From positions 682,001 through 746,000 of the forward strand of contig SMSO01000036.1 of the NCBI GenBank assembly GCA_004764695.1: a stretch of DNA of 64,000 nucleotides. The letters are read 5' to 3'. The notes under the pieces were generated by a model, which saw only the letters and a list, made by a program, of their open reading frames with translations, had not been told where the DNA came from and did no database searches. Below, piece after piece: positions 38,441 through 51,210 of this stretch (position 1 is the first letter of the stretch; every line of letters begins with the position of its first letter). Source of the DNA: Schizochytrium sp. TIO01. Taxonomy: Eukaryota; Protista; Bigyra: Labyrinthulomycetes. The position numbers and the translations under genes were made by a program.

Positions 38441-41400
38441 TACATACAAACGGAGACCCAAATACGCAAATACGTAGATATGTAAATAGCCAAACTGTCT
38501 CTTATGAGCTGGAGATGTCTAGTTGATCTGGCTAAAGTGCAGCTGAATCTCTTTCCCATTTATAGATTTCACATAGCCTGTCTTTAGAATTGGACAAACC
38601 AATCAAATTGAGTTTTTTAGCGCTTATTTGCAAAATGACTCATTGAACCTCAGAGAAAAGCATTTTCAATTAAGGCTGGAAGGTTGCAAATCCTATACTG
38701 GAAAGTACCTTGCACCGGTTCTTCAGGCTTCAACTTCATGAGAATTAATAAATAATGAAAATAGACAAAATTCACAGACAATTCATGAGACATAAAAAGT
38801 GGTTCTATTCTCTGGGCCTCTCACACAGACAACTAGTCGATAATTTTGGCTCCGGCAAAATCGAACGAATGGGTATGTTCTTGAAAAGCTCCAATCAAGA
38901 GCTTTCGGTTGATTTGTCGAGTGTCAGCTTTGCAAACAGTCAGTGCATGAGACGGACCGAACAATGGACGAGGAAATCTACTTCCGCTAGTTTATTGTAA
39001 ACATATCAACATGAAGATTTTGAAGATATCTGTACCTAAATAGCTAATGTGAAAAACTCATAGTATCGGTGACCCACAGGTTCTTTAGCCTCAGTCCATC
39101 TCAACACGGCTTGCTTTTGCGCGGTCTAAAATCTCCTTTCTATAGTTGCATCATACAAAGAACAAGAAGCTTCAATTGGCCACAACAGCATGCTCGATTG
39201 CTACTATATTAAGTCTTTACCAATAACTCTAGAGCATGTGGAAGATTTAGAGTTGAAAGACCACGATCTTGCCCTGCAGAACTTATGGAAGGCTTTAATG
39301 GAAGATTCATTGAAAGAGAGTGTGCATGACCACACTTACTGACCTTCCAGCCTCATTTGCTTCAACAACTTCTAGTGTTGCACATAATGCTGTCAGGCCT
39401 TTCAGCCTGGTCCTCGTGAACTGAAATCTACCTACTTAAAGCTGCCCACAGGGAGACCAAGTGAGGGCCAGATGAAAGAAAAGGCCATAGAAGGTCTTTC
39501 ATCGGGTGTTGGAAGATGGAGCAATAACAGAGGTACTAGTAGCCTGGTAAGAGTGTAATTTGTTGATTAGGCTGATTGTGACAGTAAAGATTTCGGTGGG
39601 TAGGGGCTCATGTAAATAGAGGGAAGTAGCTCGAGTAAATGCTTTGATGGCCCTTGATTGTGAGGCCAAGTTGTTTTGGCGGGCTCCATAGCACGATAGC
39701 CCCGTACCTGCAAGACTGAGTACCTTCCTTCAGATTGCCAAGGATCTCAGCCACAGAAGAGTAGGCTTTCCATGAGCATATGGATATTTGCAATGTTTTG
39801 CTGGCATGCTTCAGAGGAACTGACCTCACATCCGGAATCCAGGAATAAAATTTGCAGCTTTTAAGTGCGAAAAACTTTGGTACTTTCCAGCCAGTAGGAT
39901 CAGAGCCATTTGGATTGCTCCATAAGGCTTTGAGTAGGCTCTTTCGTGGGCTAACAGCTCCAAATTAAGCTCCGCTCGGAGTTCTTTTTCTACACTCCGT
40001 GCTTCCGAGTAGTGAGAATAACTGTGGGGCCGCAGACCCGTAATTCAAGCTTTTAACAGGTGGAGTTGTGGAAAGCCCACTGAATCACTTTGGCAGCCAA
40101 CTACTCTACAACTACTTTGTTATATTAAAAGTAAAATAAGGAAGAGGTCTAGACCAGGTATCGGTCGAGGAGTTGTTCTACAGTTTTGGCTCTTATGACC
40201 ACAGGCTTGCTCGCGAAATCATGAGATATATCATGACGATATAATGCACAGGATAAAGGTTTTTGTTTACCTCTGGCAGTTTGCGATGTACGTCTACTTC
40301 TTTTTTCTTTTTCTGCTCAATAGTCGCCTTTATTTTGCTGCTTGAGTTTCTCGTAGTTGATGGGCCTTGCGCTGCATAATTGTTTGTCAAAAACTGTAGT
40401 TCAATTATGGTTCAACTAATATCAGTGAACCTGAACACGTACGTTTGTTTTTCTTATTGACAGTATACCTTTGTGTAGAAAGAGAATATTGTTCAAGAAT
40501 ATGAATTACCTTCTTGGCTTATTTATTGGATGAGTTGAATTTATTACCAAATCATAGACATGTTCAAAACACTTCACTAACGATAGATTGTGAATAGCGA
40601 GCCACGCACGCCGCAAGTTGCATAGCACCAAGCAGAGTCCTGAGCAGAGAATTTTCAGAGGGTTGCCTGCGCAAAGATTGTGGTCGGCGGCTGTGGCAAG
40701 CCAAAAGGTTTCGTATACGGCCTGGAATATTTAAGAGAACCTTCTTCTCGCTGATTCTCTAGAGTGGCTTCGGCTGCGAATATTCCGCTCTGTTTGATCG
40801 TGTAGATCTTTAACCCTATTTGTTATTGATGTTTCTTTATCTGAATGCAAGTCATCCGAATGCAAGTAAGAGCATACTATTGACGGTTGCTCCACTTCGA
40901 GCTCTCACGTTCTGGCGCAGAAATTAAGGATGACGAGCTTTAGTCGAGCCGTCGTAATAAGTCCAACTTTTTGTTGCGTGGAGGCTGGAGAAAGCAAGCA
41001 AGGAGGAAGGCGACGAGGCAGAACTTTTCATGGGGTACAAACAAACACTAAGACACCAAGACAGCCAGCCATACAGCCAGCTACACTAAGAACTGCACGG
41101 AGAGCGCTGCAGAACGAAAGAGGGAACAGGCAGTAGGAGGAAGAAACGCAGCACAGCTGGCATGGCTTTCCGCCCCGTGCTTTGATATAAGTGACTATCA
41201 AGGAAGCGAGGTAGAAAGAAGAAAGAGAAAGAGTGAGCCGCGAAAACATCATATGATATTGTCTTTCTTTTTTCTCTTTTCTTTTCTTTTGTTGAATATT
41301 TTTTGAGGTTAAAAAGAAAAAGAAAAAGAAAAAGAAAAGAGTAAAACCAAAAATAAAATAAAATAAAATAAAATAAAAATGTTTCAACATTTTTATTATT

Positions 41401-42612
41401 TATTCATTCATTTTCTTTTTAAATATTTTATGCTATACATATTCAATCACTAAGAATAATAAATAAAATGAAATGATAGAAACGATTTCATTTTTCAAAT
41501 GATGTTGTTGTGGAATAGAGGTACTCCAATCCGGTACCTCCTTTTTAAAAGACCGCATTTTAAAGCTTTAAAAACTTATTTTTAAAAGGCTGCTCCTACG
41601 CCTTCCCGTCAGCTCTGCTTTTTATAAAATAAAGTATATGGTAAATGAAAAGGGATTGATTGCTCGAAAGAACAATCATTCATTAGTATATCGTGCCTCG
41701 ACCATCAGCCAATCTCCTGATTTGATAGAGTCCAGAGAAACAAACAAGCAAGCAAGCAAGCAAGCAAGCAAGCGAGCGAGCGAGCTGATGATTTATCTCA
41801 AAGAAAGAAAGACTCCATTCACGGGCATCCTGGACGCGAACCAAAGTCCTCAACCTCGTGAGTTAAATCGGATCGTGCGAAGGCCAACTCGAAGAAGCAG
41901 GAGCACGCTTGTGAAGGCCGCCAATGCTCTTTCTTTCTTATCAGCCCTCAATTCACTCCCCTGAGCACACATGAAAATGAACAGACAGGTTGCGGCCTAG
42001 CAGTGCCTACCGCCTGCATAGGAGCAAGCAGCCAGTCAGCACTGTAAAGATAGATGCAAAGATAGAACGCACTGCTCGCTGCCTGCTAGCTGCCTGAAGG
42101 AGGGGAGCGAGCAAGCGAGCAAGCAGGGCACCGGAGCGGAGAAGAGAACCCTCATAGAGTCCGGGCGAACAGGCGCTTTGGCAAACCCAACCCAGACTTA
42201 AGCTTAAACTCAAGCTCAAGCCAAACTTCAACTCAGAAAGAACCACCTATCCTCGACACTCCTTCTGCGCTTTCTCTCTCTCTCTCTCTCTTTCTATCTA
42301 TCTATCTATCTATCTATCTGTCTATCTATGTATTAATGTACCTATTTTTAGTTCATTATTATAAATTCAGGAAAGCAGCGTTTGAGCGGCCAGAACAGCG
42401 GTGCGGCGCTCCAGCGAGCAGCTGATTGGCGAGGCTCTCGCTCTGCCTCTGCGGGGACTGTGGCTGCAGGCACGCCCAGAGACATGCGGCCGGGGCAGTG
42501 CTGAATGAGTGAAGGCGAGTAAACACGGGTCAATGAAAGCGGGAATCAAGCAAGCAAGCGAGAACTGGTAGGCACTGCTACCCTACTCCTACATACCTCA
42601 CTAGGGCTCCAT

Positions 42613-42739
<127 letters not shown>

Positions 42740-45700
42740 GTTGGCACAGCTGTAAAGAGGGAAAAGCTGCACACAGATGGCCATGAGATCTATAGGTATG
42801 GCTCTTGCGGCTTACCGCGGAAGGGCCTCTTTGTACCGGAGTTGCTGTGTGCAGTTGAGCTCCTGAGAGGCAGTAGGGTGATGATGCAGTCTCCTTGAAC
42901 AAAGCTTTCAGGCGAATTGCAAAACGTGCGTCGAAATGCACGAGTTTCCATGGCCGAGGGCGTGAGACTACTGCTACCTATGTGAAGGCACCTGCGTAGC
43001 TATTATATTTTTATTTTTATTGTCATTTTTAGTGTTGTTTTTACTTTGCTGTATTTTTAATAAGGTCTAAGACTAATCATGTGCGGTATATTATAAATAA
43101 GATTACTTAATAAAAGTTAGTACCTTCATTGATATTATAGTATTAGGTACCTGCGTAGTAGTATGGTTTTCTATTAGCTACGACCGGGTCGAGCTTGACT
43201 GAATGCCGACAGGAGCTAATGGGGCTGCATTCATTTTCTTTGTTCTTTCTTTGTAGCTAACCGCTGCAACCAGAAAAAGCGTTAGGCGGTCTTCTGCACG
43301 GATCATCATGAGGTCCTGACTTTGAAGTTCATCTTGGTATTTACATATTTTTGCGATGAAAAGATATTCATTGCGTCGCTTCAATTGCACTGAGGTTTCA
43401 AGAGGGAAATCTTTCGATTCTTAGTTTCTCCCTTCAATTATTTTTTCTTTTCCTTTTCCTTTCTTTTCTCTGATGAAATACAAGTTTAGAATTGAAAAAG
43501 GTTTTCCCAGTATTTTCATTTTGCTTTTAAAGTTAGAAAAGGCAATTGAACTAGACTTTACCCAGAGACCTTCTAGCATCAGAGTAATGAGTGATTGTTC
43601 TGGCTGAATTTTTTTACACAACTTGCCAAGAGACTTGAAGTACGTCTCGGACTAGCAAGAGAGGTATCACTAACCACTAGCTATACTTTCGCCGTTGCTA
43701 TCCTACAACCGCTGTCTAATCTAAACGTCATCAGGTTTATTTGTAGGCCCTGGTACTTCGCTACTGCTGCTCTTCTCAAAATCAGTTTCCCTGAGGCACA
43801 AGAATTACTTTGGCACAACGAGTATCGATCGCAGCGGTACCTGCTACAAATAAGGAAGGATCAGAAAGAAGCAAAGCGCAAATAAAGCACTGTTGCTGAG
43901 CAAGGAAACAAACAAACAAACTAACTAACTAACTAAAGAACGGCCAGGAGAACAGCTGTGGAAAAGAAGACACATGCCGCGCCCAGATACGTGAGATTTG
44001 GCAACGGAGGAGCAGCACTTACAATCTGCAGTCAGGATCGTACGTCGCCAGCTTGTAGCGCCCGAATTCCTGTGATTAGTGTGGTCTTTCTGCCATGCGA
44101 TCATCGCTTCATCATCATCATCATCATCATCATCATCTGAAGCCTTGAGACGACTGCTTCTTAGTGGCCGGCCATCTTCCTGTACCCAGGTACTTGGAAA
44201 CCTTCAAGTACTTTGGCCGTTTGAAGGTTTTCTGCGCACTGGATTCCGCTGGTGCAGCCTTTTTGAAGAAATATTTGGCCATGTAGAGGCTGCAAAGAGC
44301 ACGAGGATCAAAAGAGTCCGAGGAAATCAGATGTCATGAAACCTCATTTCGCAGCATTCAGCTGCTCACGCAATAACACTTGAATTTTGAGAGGGAATGA
44401 AGCTGATAGCGTGTTAGGAATCGAGAAAATGGAACAGATTCACTCAAAGACTTCAAGTATCTCTAGAGAATAAGATCTTGAATTAATTTCAAAACCAGCC
44501 TTTGGATCCGTTGTGAAATCAAAGTGGCATAATACCGGCTGCTTGCCACGCATCTTCCTTGCGTTACTTATCCTCTTGCGCATTGCTATACCTTCAATAC
44601 AGATTCTGAGTCTCATGCACGCACCGCACACTGTCATGATGGTAGAATGCACAAAAATAGATAAATCAAGCTTCTGCAATATTAGTAGAAACCATACTTT
44701 TGTAGGATGGTCATATGGACAACGCGCGTGGAGCGAGAGATTCTCGCGGAAACGCAGAGGCTGGAATTGAACACTATTATCTGTGTGCTTTCTGCATTGC
44801 TCGGACAATTCGGCACGCAGGCAGTAGATGAGGCTGCAGCACGAGGAATCTGCGCGCGCTATTCTCTGTTATATATACCTCGTTAACTTAATCCTGATAA
44901 TATTTCTGGCTTTCATCGATGTTTTCAAAGCAAGGAAGGGCTTGGACGTGCGCAGTACTGATATTTATTTGTATGTGCCACATCAATCAGCGAACGAACA
45001 AGTCACCTCACTTAATTCTGACTGGACCTCTCAGTGGTATGCAGCGGCAAAGAGATAATCCGCCATTTTATGCTCTTGACAAGGACACAGGTGGATCAGT
45101 GAGCTCAGATCGAAAAAATGAATGGCTTTCTAGGGGGGGTCGAAGCCAAATGAAGGTGGAGGAAAGCGACTTCTTTGTGAGTCGGCTTGTGTTGCCTGTC
45201 TTTCAATTGAAACGAATTGCTTGCCAGATCCAAGATCGAGTAAGGAGAAAAATGGAAGAACTCGGTGAAAGATACTAGTACCAGTTTAATGGTTAGTGTT
45301 AGTAGTTGGCATACTCCTTTTTTATATCTAGTAAGTTTAAATTATTTTCAGTCCTTCTACCCAACATTCTAGTTTTGTTGCTTTTCAAGTTGAGTAATGA
45401 TTTTGTTTTTGTTTCTCAAGCTAGAAAATAAAAATATTGCCCACAAGCGCTGCTTCGAGATTGCAAAGGACCCATGGGCGAGTAGATCAGAGCAGTCGAA
45501 GAAACCAAACCATGTCAAGGCTCGTATCGCTAAGAATTAATTGAATATAATGCCAAAGACTGAAGCAATTGCCATAGTAAGAAACACCTATATTGATGGG
45601 CTGGTAAGCAGAACAACTGGGTGATCAGAATTGTATTTTACTTTTCGATCCGGCACTTTGGCCTTGGTAGTATATGAGCGTGCGACCGCTACGACCGGGT

Positions 45701-48700
45701 CGCATCAATATTCTTGGAAAAGGGGTAACAGGTAGCAGGGAATGCTGGAGGGCTGAGCACATGGAAACAACATCTACGTACCAAATAATAAACTCTTTAT
45801 ATATTGATGGCCAGAGCGGATGACAACATGTTTTTTGAGGCATAATGCGGGTGAGTTGGCAAGAGTCTTCAAGAAACCTATGAAATAGTGCTGATGCTCT
45901 TTATGTAAAGGTTTACCTTTTCGGAGGGTTTCCCTAAGGGTCGATACGCGCTAGTTTGAAGACGTGAGTAGGTCCGAACTAAAAGGCTGAATAACATGGA
46001 GCGTATGCAGCGGGTGGTTATTCACGAAAAGAACCTTGCAGACCCATAGCAGTTATTCAGCCTGTCTGAAAGATACATGAGAGGTAGTTTTCCATCAAGT
46101 TGCTGATGAAGAGCAATAATCCATGTTCCCTTTTTAAATGTGAGATTATGTATGACGTAATCTTTAAAAGTTTACTCCCAGCTTTCCAAACCACCAAATG
46201 CTGAATACTCTGTGTGATATTACAAGTTCGCTCGAGTGAGAAGTTGATTCCTCGTATCCTAACTAGTAATGAATGTCAAAGAATAGCACAATAACATGAG
46301 TTTGAGAATGCTAGAGGGTAGGTAGGTAATAGTACTCACCTAGTGTGCACGGAGCTCAAGGAAATTGAAAGACCTGAAAGACACGTTTATAAAGAAAAGA
46401 ATGTGTAGGTTATACCACAAAATAGGGAAGGGGTCGTAAAACAAAAATGGAAAAAGGAATCAACCCAAGCAATATTACTACGGTGTAAACAAAGGCGTAG
46501 ATCTTTTATTTTGACAAGATGAGGTCTCTAAGCCTGGAGAATCCAAACTTCGAGAGCCAAAGGTGGATATTTCACAGGTCCTACATCTCGCTTCAGTATT
46601 TGAGGAGGGTCTTTCACTCCCGCAGAAATGATGAGTGGGAACCCACAGAATTTCGCCAAAACCATTCAATTAGCTAAGAATAAATAGAATATATATTTCC
46701 ATTGCGTTCTTTCTTTTTCCTCTCATATATTCCAAATTCGATGGCTAAACACTCGACATTTACCAGAAAAAGGAGCCCTGAAATAACGTGCCATCAACCA
46801 CAGCGGCAGAAAAAGCAACTAGAATTATCCTCTTAGGGAACGCTTGCACGTGGCCGGATGGTTTGCAGCCCATCTTCTGAGCGCAGCGAGCCAGGCGTTG
46901 GGTAACCAGAGCAATTAGTTTTTGAGAATGCTGGCAATCGAGCCAAGGCACGTGAGGGGCTGTTAGTGCGGTTGAGTGGAGATTGTATGGAGTTCCTTCA
47001 TCCGCTCTTCATACAACAAACTCACCTCAAGTTACTACTTTTGGGCGTGCGTCAGAATTGTTGAAAGGCAATCTTTGAATTGGTTTCTCCTGAAGCTGGC
47101 TGTGGGCCATCATGCTGTGGCCGCAAATTTTCTTCCCCCCAACCTTCTTCATTGGCGCTGATTACTCCTCCATAGGACTTCGGCTCATAGAAACTTGAGC
47201 CTGTCTTTCTTGCAAAAGTAATAGCGTGAGAGCGGTCCCGTAGTTTTCGTTGGCAGACTTTAGGAATTGCTTTTCACAAAAAAACAAAAACAAAAACAAA
47301 AAAGGGAAAACCATGGGCAAGTACTGAAGAGTGGTGCACACCCTCACAAACCATGTACTTTGTCTTGCGCGCGCATGCTTCAAGCGCACTTTCTCCCTCC
47401 AGACTTTCGTCAGACCTTTTCTCTCGACTGGTAAGTTTAGCGAAAACTAACTTTGAAATAGAGTAGGTAGGGCCTTACAACCATAACTGCTGACGACACA
47501 ACTGCTTCCTTTCCGCAAATTGCAAGAAATCCTCCATTAACCACTGCATTTGCAAGCCTAGTCTTTAGAAGCGGCGATTTCTTTTGCGTGTGTTTACTTT
47601 TAGTTTTTCACTTGCTCACTTCATTTTCCTTTTTCCGTGCCAGCTTCAACTCCTCCTGTATTTTAACAAATAGCTCAGTTCGGGTAACTTTGCAAGCTCT
47701 CTCAAGAACAGCACTCCTTATTCAAAACGTCTCCTGAAAGACGCGATGATGAAAGACCCTCACGCTCGTTTGCCCACCAGCTGATCTCCATCGATTCGGA
47801 TTTTGAGACGTCTTGCTTCTCGATCCTTGAGTCATCTGGCTCGAGCCACCGTCGCGCACCGGCCCCAATTCAACTTCAAGGCTGAGCTCAAAATTTCCGC
47901 TTGGAATGGTACGGTTGTATTGGTTTGCGACGATTCGAAGCCTATCGTGGTGGGAATTAATTCAGGCCGACCCTCCGCCAAGTTGTTGTGGTCTGGACGC
48001 TTTGAGGGTTTCCGCCGCTTGAAGTTCCTGGCGAAATGCTTTTTCATCGCCACCCACAGAAGTAGCTCCCTGGCCAAGAAGATGGTGAATCTGACTACTC
48101 TTCTTTCAAGTACGTGGAGACCTCGCTACGCTACGCAAAGTACCTCCGGCCTTCGTTGATAGCTTGCACAAGTTCCTAGGCACTACTCTCCGCCGCAAAC
48201 GTTTCACCCGGAAAAGGTAGTCAAGCATTATATGGCTTTGTTCAGGCTATCTGGGCCTCATCAGACGATTTTACGTTTTTGAGATGCTGAACAGACTTCG
48301 CGGAAAGACGCATTTCTTTCTAGAACCTCTAGGTAGGTACGGTACCTACCTACTGATGAGAGATAATGATGCAGCCCTCAGTCTACCAAACACCATAGGG
48401 TAGTAGCTCGTGTCCGTAAGATATCGTGCTTCACTAGGACAATGGTATTTTCTAAAGCTATTGTGTGCGGTGGTGCTTTTTATAACACAACTTTTGCTGT
48501 CTAATTAGGTATCCATACATATGTTTTGACATTGAGATAAATTAAAGCTGTCGATGAGTTTTTAATTTTGTTGTTTGGGTTGCTTGTCGTTTTTTTTTTC
48601 TTTTTTTTTGTTTACCTTTTTTTTTTTTTCACTTTCACGTTTCTTTATAAAGAAACAGTTCGTTTTCTCAAAGTCTTCCAGTAAAGAAGAAAAGGAAAGA

Positions 48701-51210
48701 TAAGAAAAACTATTTTTAACACTTTTAAATTAAAATATATATGCGCCCATATACTCCCTTTTTAAAACAAATAAATAAATAATAAAGAGTGGAGGTAGTA
48801 CATACATAAGTACCTACTTATGATTTAAAAGGTTAAAATATAAAGATCATAGCATGTTTCAATCAGGGACCCAAACGAAAGACTATAGAACCATAATGAT
48901 GGGCTGACGTCTTGATCAAGAAAACTAAGACTAAATTCTTAAATAGTGGCTCTATAAATTCTTTTCACAAGACTATGGTTGTGTGATATGAGATTTTAGT
49001 TGTGACCTGTCCCATTCCCCCTTTTTTTCAATTTTCTGTATTATTACTTTTCAAATTTAATCAAGCCAGTGGTTGAACTTGCGCATCTTGTCCACGAAGT
49101 TCTACGCCTATTAAGAACGGCTCAAGCTCTGTGGTACCTGCCGTCCGTATTGCTTTTGCGAAAAAGTAGACATCTTCCATGTTGAACTTGTTCATTCAGC
49201 ATTTGGAGCGTTTGTTGGTTATGCTTTTGCCATCCAAACCAAAACAAATGTCGCATCCGTCCTGTTTAGGTCTCTCCATGGAAGAGCTCCATTACTATAT
49301 GAATGAGTGGCTGTAATATTAACGACAGAGGAGATCTTTAAACTGTCAAGACTGGGTAATCTAACCTTCATGCCAGACCGGGTTCAGCCGCTGCTTTTAT
49401 TTGTTTTTGTCTTTTTATCAACCTTCTCTAAAGCTTGATGGGCCAGGCTCAGATTAGCTCATGATTTGCTACGCTTTTCAGATTAAAAGTAGTAGTTTGG
49501 ATGCCTTTATACCCTAGTATTCAACAACAACCCTACCTTTACGTGCTCCGATGAATGCAAGTAACTACCACAGAAATGTTTCTTCTTTACTTTAAAGCTC
49601 CTTCTAGCTCAATAAGTTGATGACATTATATTGTCGAGGTGAACGTGTCGGTTAGTTTGGACTTGGGCAGTTTTCGATAAAAACAACCAGCACAACAGGA
49701 AAATACAACATAACCCAGCCGATTAGTTCATGCAGCTCCTCTTATTCTGATGCGGCTCGTTTGCAATTTTGTACTGGGTACAGTCGTGCCCCACGATATT
49801 GTTTCGTATTTCTCTAAGATAATCCTCACCAAGGCATTGTAGCTTCTTTTTAAGGGGATCTTGATTTAGCTTTTAAGGACGGAATAAAGCATGAAATTTC
49901 CTCGTTCAAACTGACTTGACTTGAAAATAACGCCATAGAATTTAAAGAGGCGCAAGCATTTGCCTTTTTGGATTGCCTTAAGTACTCATCATACGTGAAA
50001 GAATGATTTAACATTCACAATTTGACAATTGACATTTTTAAAGTTTTTCTACAAGACCTAAAAATACTCTGGGCTGGCAAGAGACTCTACTACAGGAAGT
50101 GAATGCTGTTCTCAAGGTCTTTCACAAGGTCTTTCACATTTTAATAAAACTGTTTGTTTAGTTGATGTTCGACAAGCTGGTGAATCTTTAGGCAATGCAC
50201 TAGGTGGCAGGGGTGCGTAAGTTCTTTGAAGAAGTTTCGGCAAAGAAAACTCGCTGAGTTAATCAGGCTAAGGTGCTCAACGTACTACTTAGCCAAAATG
50301 TGTCCAATTTCGGTTGTTAAAAGCGAGCTTTAATTATTTGTTTGTTCAATCACTACGAAGGTATATTTATGTAAAGGCTTGGTCACAGCATTCTCCAGGC
50401 TTTAGACAAAGAACAACAATCCCGCGTCTTCTATGGCTTGGAAAATTGTGTCAAGAGAGGTCTACGAAGAAAGTTTTTCCTTCTTCTTGGTCTATTATTT
50501 TATATTCTTTGAGCTAGGCAAGGCCTCACAAAGACTATCATGATACTGGTGAATTGGTATTGAGCAATTTCTTGAACCTTGAATGTTGAGATTATTTCAT
50601 TTTATTTTCTGATGAGGTGGAAATATTAAACCGCATTCCTACCTACGACTTTAGCTAAATTTCATAAATACACTCTAGAAGCCGCATGGGAAATAATAAT
50701 AAACACAGAAATTAGCCTACTTTTGTAAAACATTCACGAGGAGCTCTATCAGTATATTTGCATGTGGATTATGAAATCTTTACTTTTAAAGGACGCTTGA
50801 ATTTTGAAAAAGGCCCCTGAGATAACCTAGCATCTATGCTTCAATGCTACTGACGTATCATTGACAAGAACCACCTAAAGGCTTCTAAGATTAAAATGAT
50901 AAGAACGAGTTATCGTCCACCTCTCTTGCTTTGTTGATAAAAATCCTACTATACAATATACTTCTTAGTTAGCATACTTTTATACATATTATAAATGTAC
51001 ACGACGAACCACATTAACAAAGGTTTCTTCAGGGATCCTGAAACTTGTGCTACGCGAACCTTTCTACTGGCTGGTTAAAAGCCGAGCTCGAACAGGAAAT
51101 CTGAATATTATCTAGCACGTCCCCCCTCTCACCCACTCATGCAGACTGGCTTAGGCCTTCCTCGCTTCTGAGCTGTACAGCCATAACACAACATAAAGAC
51201 GCCGGAAAAC

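Noticed and set aside
43177-45702. Exact 15-mer GCTACGACCGGGTCG at 43177 and 45688
   Set aside because: A few shared 15-mers are expected by chance in 64 kb, and the flanks do not align.
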